Of a DNA stretch of 64,000 nucleotides, positions 39,193 to 47,292 are shown one piece after another; position 1 is the first letter of the stretch, and each line of letters starts with the position of its first letter. A program made the translations under genes and the position numbers. The stretch is from Candidatus Bathyarchaeia archaeon (GTDB taxonomy: Archaea > Thermoproteota > Bathyarchaeia > Bathyarchaeales > DTEX01): assembly GCA_038897035.1 (NCBI GenBank), contig JAWAXF010000003.1:64-64063 (forward strand). The letters run 5' to 3'. The notes under the pieces are model-generated. The model was not told where the DNA came from. It saw only the letters and a program-made list of their open reading frames with translations, and did no database searches.

Positions 39193-39861
39193 TCACCTTC
39201 CATAAGCCTTAAAACAGGCCGTAATAATCTTATCAATGCCCCTTAAGATTTTATCTCTACTCTTTCTCCAGGAAACTAGAATACATAGGGTAAATGATGC
39301 CACAAGAAGTATTGTCGATGTAATTTCATAATCAAAGACTGATTTAAGTTCCATGAAGATTAAACACCCAATGTGGGCCCCCGCAAGATACAAGATTGTC
39401 TTCCCGATAACCTGTATTGAGATAACTTTCCATAACGGAAGACGGAGGGAACCAGCTAATAACACTATTGGTGTGTCCGGCAGTGGTGAAGAAGCAAATA
39501 GCAAAAGTATTATCAGCCCGTATCTCTCGGCCAATTTTGGTAAGTTATCTTTCTCTCTTTTAGTATTAAAGGCATCCCTTATACCAGACCCCCAGTAATA
39601 AGCCGTCACTTCGCCAAGCGCACCACCCAAGCCGGCCGTGAGCCCAAGTAACACTGGGCCATAAAATTCCGTTAATGAGAATAGTGCCGGGAGAAACGCA
39701 CCCCTAGCGATGATTGATAGATGACTAAGCAAAGCTGCTAAAAAGACCCCCAGTAATCCATAGTCCTTTAAAAAGACTCCATCATAAAGCGCCAATAAAG
39801 AAATAGCTACCGCGATCGCGGCGCCAATAATCTTAGCTAGAGCTTTAGTAAAAAACCTCAT
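39193..39861 (-). CDS. Polytopic membrane protein, possibly DedA/VTT (YqaA-like)
   Basis: 222 aa with about six TM helices. The segment GLGGALGEVTAYYWGSGIRD resembles the VTT-domain reentrant-loop motif. Confidence 0.45.
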   Translation of the reverse strand: MRFFTKALAKIIGAAIAVAISLLALYDGVFLKDYGLLGVFLAALLSHLSIIARGAFLPALFSLTEFYGPVLLGLTAGLGGALGEVTAYYWGSGIRDAFNTKREKDNLPKLAERYGLIILLLFASSPLPDTPIVLLAGSLRLPLWKVISIQVIGKTILYLAGAHIGCLIFMELKSVFDYEITSTILLVASFTLCILVSWRKSRDKILRGIDKIITACFKAYGR

Positions 39862-40028
39862 ACAACTACCTTAACCTCCGTTTTTCACATATAAGTCTTC
39901 TCCTCTCCGGTGGAGAGGACGGCAAACTTACCAAAAAGTATTAAAAACGAGCACCGCCTATTTAAGCTCTTCACAGCATCTCCTTTTCACTAGTAAAAAC
40001 TAGAACACCTCTATAACGTGACAAAAAT

Positions 40029-40040
40029 GATATAAAATAC
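40029..40040 (+). promoter_or_regulatory. TATA-box-like promoter element for tRNA-Pro(GGG)
   Basis: gatataaaatac lies about 33-44 nt upstream of the first tRNA nucleotide at 40073. Confidence 0.35.
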
Positions 40041-40072
40041 GGCTAAGTCAAAATACTAATAGTCGTTAAAGC

Positions 40073-40151
40073 GGGGCCGTGGTCGAGCCTGGTCTAAGAT
40101 GCGCGCCTGGGGCGTGCGTGGTCGTGGGTTCAAATCCCACCGGCCCCACCA
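40073..40151 (+). tRNA. tRNA-Pro (anticodon GGG), no intron, CCA encoded
   Basis: The cloverleaf has acceptor GGGGCCG/CGGCCCC, anticodon arm CGCGC-CUGGGGC-GUGCG, variable loop UGGUC, T arm GUGGG-UUCAAAU-CCCAC, and discriminator A followed by CCA. Confidence 0.9.
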
Positions 40152-40190
40152 TTTATATACTTTTGGATGAACCAGCCCCAGGCTGGAGAC

Positions 40191-41503
40191 CTATTTTCTT
40201 TTGCGGAAGAATTTTAGCCCCTCGTGTTCGCAGACGTATTCAAAGCCTGCCTCTATAAGCTCCGCGATTTCGTTTGGCGTTCTAGCGACTCTGCATACGT
40301 ATTCATCTTCTTTTAGGCCTTCAACTAAGTGCGGTAAATCAATGTGTTTTTAATGTTCTTGTGACCTAGCACTTTCATGACATGTAATATGTCCCTTGTC
40401 TTAGCGTATTCCATTGTTGCCTTCCAGTGGCGTATCGTGTGAAAATGGATTTGTTTCAGCCTTAAATTATTAAGTTTATGTGCGATCCTCCTTCTTTGTC
40501 TCTCAAAAGTCTTTCTGAGCTGTTTAAGGTTCTTGTAATGCCCGAAGATTCTTTCTGAGGTTTTCGGTAATGAATTGAGCATTCCAAGAAGCTTATGGCT
40601 AATACGGAGCAGCCTCGGCTCCCCGCCTTTAGACGGTGTGATTCTAACGGTTTTAGCCTCGAAGTCTACATCTGTCCACTTTAATGCAAAGGCCTCGCTG
40701 GCTCTAGCGCCAGTCTCCTTAAGCAATTGTAAGAAGGCAGCAATATGTCTTGAGCAGCCAGCTATTAAGTCATCTATCTCCCTCTCAAGCGGTACGAAGG
40801 GCAGTTTTTGAACCCGCTTGTAAACCGGTTTCTCCTACCGAAGCCCAAGCCACTTAGCAAGTGAGTCATATGCTTCCGCAGCAAGCTCCTTCCTACCGTT
40901 ACTCCAAGACTGATTAGCTATACAGTCCTTAACTGACTCGGGATTATAAAGGTCGGCGCCACGCTTCGCAAGAACTTTAAGGATCCTTATGCGACTCTCA
41001 ATCGTTTGATCCGCGTACCCCTGTCTCTTCATCTACCACGCAAAGTTAAAGAGCATTTCGCTGACTTTAGGGCTCGACGTGGCTCCCGCAGTCCGGCTTT
41101 CAGCATCAGCCTTCTCCTCCATTGGGACCAGCACGGTCCCAGCCGAGTTTTCCACCCCGCCTTCTGAGGCGCATACTCGGCAATCATTATTTATGGGCTT
41201 AGGTGCAATTAACATTTTTGTTACTTGAGTATCATTCTGGCTGAAGCGGTATCCGCAGTCCCTACAGAGGTATCGCTGCCTGGTTGAGCCGCCCGCAAGG
41301 CGCCTCAAGCCGTTCTTATAGATGCGCTGGCTACCGCATTCTGGGCAGGCCGGCCTATCCTGAGCGTTCTGGGGCCGACATGGGCCTCCCACGCTTGGCT
41401 GAGGATTGGGCTGCGGGAGCCTAAATGCGCCAGCGCCGGAAGCCCCAAAGCCGGCCTCTCCAGGCTCAATGCCAGCCTGCCCCATAAGCCTCTCCTTAAA
41501 CAA
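40191..41503 (-). pseudogene. int: Tyrosine recombinase (integrase) with an N-terminal zinc ribbon; two in-frame TAG stops and one frameshift
   Basis: One original frame reads as follows:
- CPECGSQRIYKNGLRRLAGGSTRQRYLCRDCGYRF (zinc ribbon)
- LFNFAW*MKRQGYADQTIESRIRILKVL (SAM-like domain; TAG at 41033-41035)
- WLGLR*EKPVYKRVQKLPFVPLEREIDDLIAG (TAG at 40835-40837)
- ETGARASEAFALKWTDVD...HFHTIRHWKATMEY...LGHKNIKNTLIY (R..HxxR..Y catalytic set)
A 1-nt frameshift near 40330 follows. After it the tail reads HLVEGLKEDEYVCRVARTPNEIAELIEAGFEYVCEHEGLKFFRKRK*. Confidence 0.75.
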
Positions 41504-42590
41504 TAAGTCCTTCCTTTGTCTCTATCATGCCTGTTACTTGGGTAACAGGCCCCGCAACGCCTAAACTCAGCCTCTTAACCTTCTTCCCCCTACAGTTTCT
41601 GATGCTGCAGCCCTCGCCTAGGCAGAAGCCCAACGCCCTAATACTGGAGCACTTAAATGGCGGCCGAGGGTTCCTAAAGGCGTGCTCCACATAGTAGCGG
41701 GTTTTCCCCTCATTAAAGTCCGTTTGGTTCTGGAATAATGGTATTATCTGGTCTGGAGCATAGCCGGCCGCCTGAAACTCTCGGACAACCGCAAGGCGCA
41801 TTAGGTGCTCGCTACCACCATGTAGAGGCTGAGATAGGGCCGCCTGGATACATGGGCGTATCCTCTTATCCTTAAGGTTAATATTCACTACTCTCGCCTG
41901 CCTGTAGAGCGCCCTCCACTTCTCCTCGCTTTGTGGCTCGTGGATCACGTGCTCCAGAAGCTTGGTTGATAATCCGTTCTTGCGGTAGAACTCGACATCG
42001 CATTCCTCCGGCTCAAGCGGCTTGCCCTCCAAATCAACGGGCTGGCATAGCTGGCCGGTAGCCTCATGCGTTGAGTAGGGGACGCGCTCAAGCCTCTTAA
42101 TGTCACCTTAGGCTGCTTATCCAATGTTGGGAGGCTTAAGCCAAGGAGGATCTTCTCTTGGAGGCGCTCGTAAACAGCCTTAACAAACTCTAAGGGATGG
42201 ATGTTAGGGTTGAAGGCAACAACCTGCTTGAGCAAGACGTCTACGTGGTAGCCCTTTCTACCAGAGAACTTGATGAGTGGAGTAGCATTATAATACCTTG
42301 TGATGTTATCTGCAAGCGCCTTGGCATCCAACCAAGCCCTCTGAGGATCCTCAGGGCAATCAAACTCAAAGAACAACTTCTCGATACCAGGGTTGATCCT
42401 TAGCCTGATAGGGCTGGATGCTCACGTAGGCTGGAGCACCCATCTCCTTGCAGAGCCTAACATAGTCCTCAAGCTCCTCAGATGACGCGATGAAAAGCCG
42501 ATCCTTAGCCTTCTCGCCATAGGTCAGCAGAACCTCGCGGCCCCCATGAACGCCAAACCATTGCTTATAAAACTCAGTTAATTCCAACAT
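41496..42590 (-). pseudogene. Primase-polymerase (AEP PrimPol) fused to a PriL-CTD-like Fe-S domain, split by two frameshifts
   Basis: AEP motif I is KLFFEFDCPED, motif II is FSGRKGYHVDV, and motif III is RLERVPYSTHEATG. The third is visible only after a frame change near 42090. The C-terminal part is RPCIQAAL...GGSEHLMRLAVVREFQAAGYAPDQIIPLF...KTRYYVEHAF...PPFKCSSIRALGFCLGEGC, which resembles the primase large-subunit 4Fe-4S domain. The frame changes lie near 42395 and 42090. Confidence 0.65.
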
Positions 42591-42610
42591 ACCTACCTCC
42601 CTTTCAATCC

Positions 42611-42680
42611 TTGGTAAGGTTGGTAACCTTGGTAGGATGGACAATTTTTCTATCTATTTTGCCAAGGTTACCAAGGTTCA
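42611..42680. promoter_or_regulatory. Inverted and tandem ccaaggtta repeats in the element's intergenic region (candidate operator or origin)
   Basis: tggtaaccttgg (42621-42632) is the exact reverse complement of ccaaggttacca (42663-42674). The right arm is itself a tandem ccaaggtta-ccaaggtt. An AT-rich spacer lies between the arms. Confidence 0.4.
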
Positions 42681-43321
42681 ATTAGAACCTCCTCCCTCAG
42701 CTTTTCAGGGGAGAAGCCGTCAGTCGCTTTATACGCTTGAATCAATTTAGGGGTTGGATATAGCCCCCTTCTCGCTTCAATAAGCCCCTCGCTCGACAGG
42801 CTGCCTAAGAGGGGGCGCAGTTGATTTTTCTCAGCCAGCTTAAACTTGCTCATCAGCTCGTCTCTGGTAACCCTGCCCTATGAACAATATACCTCAATAT
42901 CTCAAGAAGCGCGTCTTCTCCAACGCATCCATTCGCGCATACAAGGATCTTACTGATCAGCCCCTTCGCCTCTTCAGGCGTTAGCGTTTCATGTTTCTCT
43001 ACCTGCGCTAAAATGTTAAGGCCCGCCCGCGCATATTCTTCCTTTGGAGGTAATCTATAATTTTATTAAGGTATCGTCCGTAGATAGAGTTAGGAAGGCG
43101 AGGCTTGCGCTAAGCCGCGCGAGCTTCCACTTCATATCAATAGAAACAAGGGGGATCTCATCGTAGAAGAAGAGGTCATAGAGTTCGGTTGCATATTCAA
43201 GTATTTTCTTTGTAGCTTCTCCAGTAAACTCAACCTCAACCGACCCACATGTCTCCTCAGCGCCTCTAGCAACCTTTAAAACATACTCACTCATACAGCT
43301 TAAACCCCACTCCAACTGCAT
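42668..43321 (-). pseudogene. Remnants of a replication-protein C-terminal region with a winged-helix tail
   Basis: Three frame pieces are present: KWKLARLSASLAFLTLSTDD, then PPKEEYARAGLNILAQVEKHETLTPEEAKGLISKIL...ALLEILRYIVH, then VTRDELMSKFKLAEKNQLRPLLGSLSSEGLIEARRG (a wHTH). No ATPase motifs survive upstream. Confidence 0.35.
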
Positions 43322-43362
43322 TATCTGGCTAACTCTTTTTAGAATCGGATCTTTTTCTTCAT

Positions 43363-43513
43363 CTATTTCAAGTATTTCTTTTGATTTTTCTTAAAAGCTT
43401 CCTCGCATGCTTTAGAGCAGAAATATAGGAATGCGGCCTTCATGCTCAATTTTGCTATAAGCAGTTTCAGAATCTATTTTCATTCCACAAATAGGATCTG
43501 TAACTATAAACCT
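43363..43513 (-). pseudogene. YHS/TRASH-type metal-binding domain remnant (frameshifted, no start codon)
   Basis: VTDPICGMKIDSETAYSKIEHEGR is followed, in the next frame, by LYFCSKACEEAFKKNQKKYLK*, together giving the CGM...FCS..C pattern. A stop lies 4 codons upstream of VTDP, with no start codon in between. Confidence 0.4.
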
Positions 43514-43752
43514 TTTTTATGATTTTCACCCCTTTGGCCCATATTTCCTCAAAGTTCAGCTGCTAAAGGCGACTGTAATTGTGCTTAAAGATATTATTAA
43601 TGCACCAACAGCTACTGGAAGGGTCAGATGCGGATTTCTCGAACTCTTGTTATTTTCTTTGAGAGTAGATTTAAGTGACGCTGATAAGTTTAGGAGGGTA
43701 AAAGGCTAAATAAAAAGGTGAACTAATGAAGGGTTTAGAGTTTGAGATGAAT

Positions 43753-44532
43753 TTATTCATCGTTTATTGTATAATATACTAGTTCCTCAATATTCTTCGG
43801 CTTAAGCACCAACTTATCCCTTCCAATTCTCACACCTTCAGGCTTTAAGTCGATATCAGAGTTAAAAACCGGTGGTAGGCTGGGATCAGCGTAAGGTCCA
43901 CGCTGTCTCCATAACTCGTAGACTTTTTTGATTGAGTAAGGAACTATTTCTTTGTGGGGGTCGCGTTCCTTAATTATTACTGCTGGTTTAGTTTTATCGG
44001 GCTCCGGCATCTCTTTAAGCTGCTGAGTTAACTTGAATTTCTTACCATACTTTTCGACTAATTTGTCTATGGGTCCGAAATCCAGGGCCCTCATTGGGCA
44101 ACTAACGACGCATATGGGGAGTAGATCCTCTTCAAGTCTATCTATGCACATGGTGCATTTCTGGGCTTTCTCCTTTAGGTTATCGCTTGCAAACGCTATG
44201 GAGCCATAGGGGCAAGCCTCCCAGCATGCCCTATTGCAATTTACGATTAAGGGATTACAGGCCTCTTCATCTATCAAAACTGCGCCATATTTTTCTTCTT
44301 TTATAATAGCCTTTGCTGGGCAGGCATCAGCACAAAGGGGTTTTTCACAATGGTAACATGGTATTGCAAGAAAATTTAGTCTCACCATCGGCCAGATACC
44401 CTCCTCCCACTCGAAAACTCTCATGTACTTTACTGGTCCCGGTGGAATTTGATTCCATACCTTGCATGCCATCGAACATGCCTTACAACCTATACATCTG
44501 CTTTGGTCATAAAAGAAACCATATTGAACCAT
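43753..44532 (-). CDS. 4Fe-4S ferredoxin-type electron-transfer subunit (DmsB-like) with a C-terminal extension
   Basis: Four Cys groups are present: CIGCKACSMAC, CYHCEKPLCADACP, C-rich NCNRACWEACP, and CTMCIDRLEEDLLPICVVSCP. A non-cluster tail of about 70 aa follows. Confidence 0.85.
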   Translation of the reverse strand: MVQYGFFYDQSRCIGCKACSMACKVWNQIPPGPVKYMRVFEWEEGIWPMVRLNFLAIPCYHCEKPLCADACPAKAIIKEEKYGAVLIDEEACNPLIVNCNRACWEACPYGSIAFASDNLKEKAQKCTMCIDRLEEDLLPICVVSCPMRALDFGPIDKLVEKYGKKFKLTQQLKEMPEPDKTKPAVIIKERDPHKEIVPYSIKKVYELWRQRGPYADPSLPPVFNSDIDLKPEGVRIGRDKLVLKPKNIEELVYYTINDE

Positions 44533-44552
44533 TAGTTCCCCCTCCTTTCTAC

Positions 44553-47168
44553 TTATAAAATTTTAGTAGCCCTCTTAATTGGACCATCGTACCTCTTTAC
44601 CTCTACAAGACCCGTCGCTGTTGGTGGGCAGGGAGGACTCTTATCATCATATAAAAGTACAGCTGGGCATCCTCCCCAATCTACGCCTTCGTCATCAGGA
44701 TCATACCATGCTCCATGGTGAATGATGACTACGCCTGGTGATATTCTTGAAGTGACGTATGCTGGGATTACAACCTTTCCAACATCATTATAGACAAGGC
44801 ATAAGTCATTGTCATTTATTCCCCTCTTTTTTGCGTCAGCTATGTTGATCCAGAGACTGTGTCTATAGTTCTCTCTTAAATATTGGCTTTGCCAGCCATA
44901 TGAATGGAGTCTGTATCGTGAGTGGGGTGTGAGTAGCATGAGCGGGTACTCTTTAACTAATGGATCTTCCATGCCTCTTACGCAGGGCTGATATATTGGA
45001 TGGGCTGTTTCATCTCTCCAATCATTAGGAACCCATCCTATCCATCTTCCCTCATGATCAAAATGCACTTTCCCTCTCTCTTCCTCTTTCAGCATGAAAT
45101 CACATACGAACTCTATTTTTCCAGATTTTGTTGAAAAGCGCTTATTTTTTACAAAAACGCTATAACATGGCTGTATGGGCTTATCAAAATATTCACTCAA
45201 ATTAACTACTACAAATGCATTTTTCTCGGTTTCTTTAAGAGATGGAAGGGGCTTATCAAGTTTCCCGCCATAATAAACTATGCTTTTCTCAACCATGTCC
45301 TTTATTTGCTCATAGCATAGTGTAAAGAAATACTCCAAGTCTTTTTCCCAATCCTCATCGCTTGTATAGATAGGAAGGAACTTGTCTGGTCCAATACCCA
45401 GGGCCCTCGCTATCTTCCCATAAATCCATATGGGGTGTTTTGCCTCACCCTTAGGCGAAACCATACGTGGGAAATACTGTAGTAATTCGTTAGCGCATGA
45501 AACACGAGTATCTTCAAATTGATCTAAGATTGGTAGTACTATATCAGAGAATCTCGCTGTTGGGGTCATATATGATACGAGGCTAACAATAAGTTTAAGT
45601 CTACTTAAGGCTTTTACAACGTGGTTCGTTGCATAGGGCGCTGTAACCAGAGTATTACTCGTATTTCCAAAACCATAAGTTCCATGGAAAAGTATTTTTG
45701 GTTTTGGATTTGGATGTGATGGATCACAATTCCAACCAATTATTTTTCTAAATTCTTCAGTACTTAACTCTCCCCTCTCAACTTTTTCAAGCAAATATAA
45801 CATTTGACCAAACTTGGTACTTCTATACATTCTCGGATTTATGTGAGGCTCTTTAATAGGTCTTTCAGCACGCTTCTCATATAGAGCGAAGAGTAAAACA
45901 AACGGTTCAATTTTAAATATTGGCCAGGGGCTAGCTAAAGCGGATCCTCCTGGCATAGCTATATAACCCATCATAGACTGAAGTATAATTGCCGTTCTCG
46001 CAGCATTTTCTCCACGACTTTTTCTAGCTACGCTCCAGTTTTTCCAAAGAAAAGTGGGCTTAGATCTAGCATACAATCTTGTGAGTTCATAAATAGTCTC
46101 AGCTGGAACACCACATATTTTCTCAGCCCATTCAGGGGATTTTGGAACACCATCTCCATAAGGATTATCTTCGCCTTTCGGCTCACCCATAATGTATTTT
46201 CGCCACATCTCGAAGCCCTTAGGCTCCACCCACTTCTCAACGAACTCATGATTATACAAGTCTTCTTTAAATAATACGTAAGCCATTGCGCACATCATAG
46301 CCATGTCTGTACCAGGCTTAATTGGAATCCATTGGTCGCAAAGCGTTTCAGCAGACGCACTATACCTTGGATCTATAGCGATAACCGGAGTTCCTTTCTC
46401 TCGGGCGAGACGTATAAAGTATGCGGTGTTGTGGCCTGGGCCATAATGATGAATATCGGGAGATGCCCCCCATAAAATTATAAGTTTACTATTTAGTAAC
46501 ATATCCACGGCTGTTCCCCATTCAACTGGGGTAGGATGCTTTTCTGAGCCAAAGACCGTATGCGCTCCCGGTGGAACTGCGTATTCCATGGGCACACCGT
46601 ACATTAAATGCAAGGCTTGTCTTTCGGGATCATAAGAACACCACCCCCATCCCTGAACGCCGCAATCAAGCCAGCCAAGAAGATTATCAAGGAAGTAGGT
46701 GTCAGGATAGCCTATAATTATAGAGTATTTTTCGCCAGTCTCTACACACTTCTTTATTTCTGAAGCAATTAGGTTGATCGCTTCCTCCCATGAAATTCTC
46801 ACAAAACCGCTTTTGCCTCTATTCTGCGGGTTAGGGTTTTCGGGAGACCAGTCAACCCTTTTTAGCGGATATAATATGCGTTGAGGATGATTTACTATCT
46901 CAGGCCATGCATAAGCAATTTCGCATGGACGGCGCTGCAATCTATATTTAACTAAATCTATTTCTTTAAGAACCTCATCCTCCCTGGCAACATCTCTATT
47001 ATAGGTATCGTCAGGCTCTACGCATACAAAATTCCCATCTTTTACTCGCAGTTTCAATATACAACCGCCGCCATGGCACATCGGGTAACAACCACTATAT
47101 TTCACCTCCTCTCCAGAATGCTTTGCTTTAAGCCTCTCCACAACAACTCGGATCCTCTCCAATTTCAT
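44553..47168 (-). CDS. Molybdopterin (bis-PGD) oxidoreductase catalytic subunit, DmsA-like, without a Tat signal
   Basis: The N-terminal cluster motif is SGCYPMCHGGGCILKLRVKDG. Also present are IAIDPRYSASAETLCDQWIPIKPGTDMAM and the C-terminal LWINIADAKKRGINDNDLCLVYNDVGKVVIPAYVTSRISPGVVIIHHGAWYDPD, which closely parallels DmsA. The N-terminus MKLERIRVVVERLKAK lacks an RRxFLK motif. Confidence 0.88.
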   Translation of the reverse strand: MKLERIRVVVERLKAKHSGEEVKYSGCYPMCHGGGCILKLRVKDGNFVCVEPDDTYNRDVAREDEVLKEIDLVKYRLQRRPCEIAYAWPEIVNHPQRILYPLKRVDWSPENPNPQNRGKSGFVRISWEEAINLIASEIKKCVETGEKYSIIIGYPDTYFLDNLLGWLDCGVQGWGWCSYDPERQALHLMYGVPMEYAVPPGAHTVFGSEKHPTPVEWGTAVDMLLNSKLIILWGASPDIHHYGPGHNTAYFIRLAREKGTPVIAIDPRYSASAETLCDQWIPIKPGTDMAMMCAMAYVLFKEDLYNHEFVEKWVEPKGFEMWRKYIMGEPKGEDNPYGDGVPKSPEWAEKICGVPAETIYELTRLYARSKPTFLWKNWSVARKSRGENAARTAIILQSMMGYIAMPGGSALASPWPIFKIEPFVLLFALYEKRAERPIKEPHINPRMYRSTKFGQMLYLLEKVERGELSTEEFRKIIGWNCDPSHPNPKPKILFHGTYGFGNTSNTLVTAPYATNHVVKALSRLKLIVSLVSYMTPTARFSDIVLPILDQFEDTRVSCANELLQYFPRMVSPKGEAKHPIWIYGKIARALGIGPDKFLPIYTSDEDWEKDLEYFFTLCYEQIKDMVEKSIVYYGGKLDKPLPSLKETEKNAFVVVNLSEYFDKPIQPCYSVFVKNKRFSTKSGKIEFVCDFMLKEEERGKVHFDHEGRWIGWVPNDWRDETAHPIYQPCVRGMEDPLVKEYPLMLLTPHSRYRLHSYGWQSQYLRENYRHSLWINIADAKKRGINDNDLCLVYNDVGKVVIPAYVTSRISPGVVIIHHGAWYDPDDEGVDWGGCPAVLLYDDKSPPCPPTATGLVEVKRYDGPIKRATKIL

Positions 47169-47292
47169 GGAATATCTCCCACTGTAAAAATTATTTTAAT
47201 AATAAATTAAAATAATTTTTACAATATAATCGCTAATAAGGCTTTTAAAATGATCCCACGATCTTTCCAAGTCCTTGTATATTAGAGTCTAT

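Larger units (their letters stand above)
40152..43513 (-). mobile_element. Decayed integrated plasmid/provirus-like element inserted next to tRNA-Pro(GGG)
   Basis: The integrase gene ends 40 nt from the tRNA 3' end. All genes lie on the minus strand, all are disrupted, and the DNA is visibly more GC-rich than its flanks. The right border is not defined, because no direct repeat of the tRNA 3' end was found. Confidence 0.6.

Noticed and set aside
40835-41035. TAG codons in the integrase acting as pyrrolysine or readthrough codons.
   Set aside because: The same gene also carries a frameshift after the catalytic Tyr, and neighbouring element genes are frameshifted. TAG also terminates ordinary genes in this window, for example leuB at 19538-19540 and kamA at 50221-50223. 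Simple inactivation is the parsimonious reading.
42611-42680. Short repeated ccaaggtta units as a mini CRISPR array.
   Set aside because: The repeats are only 9-12 bp and arranged as an inverted pair with one spacer. There are no cas genes and no regular repeat-spacer periodicity. No CRISPR array was seen anywhere in the window.
43521-43550. Possible attR: gattttcacccctttggcccatatttcc loosely resembles the tRNA-Pro(GGG) 3' end (atcccaccggccccaccattt).
   Set aside because: Too many mismatches and gaps to call a direct repeat by eye. It needs a proper local alignment.
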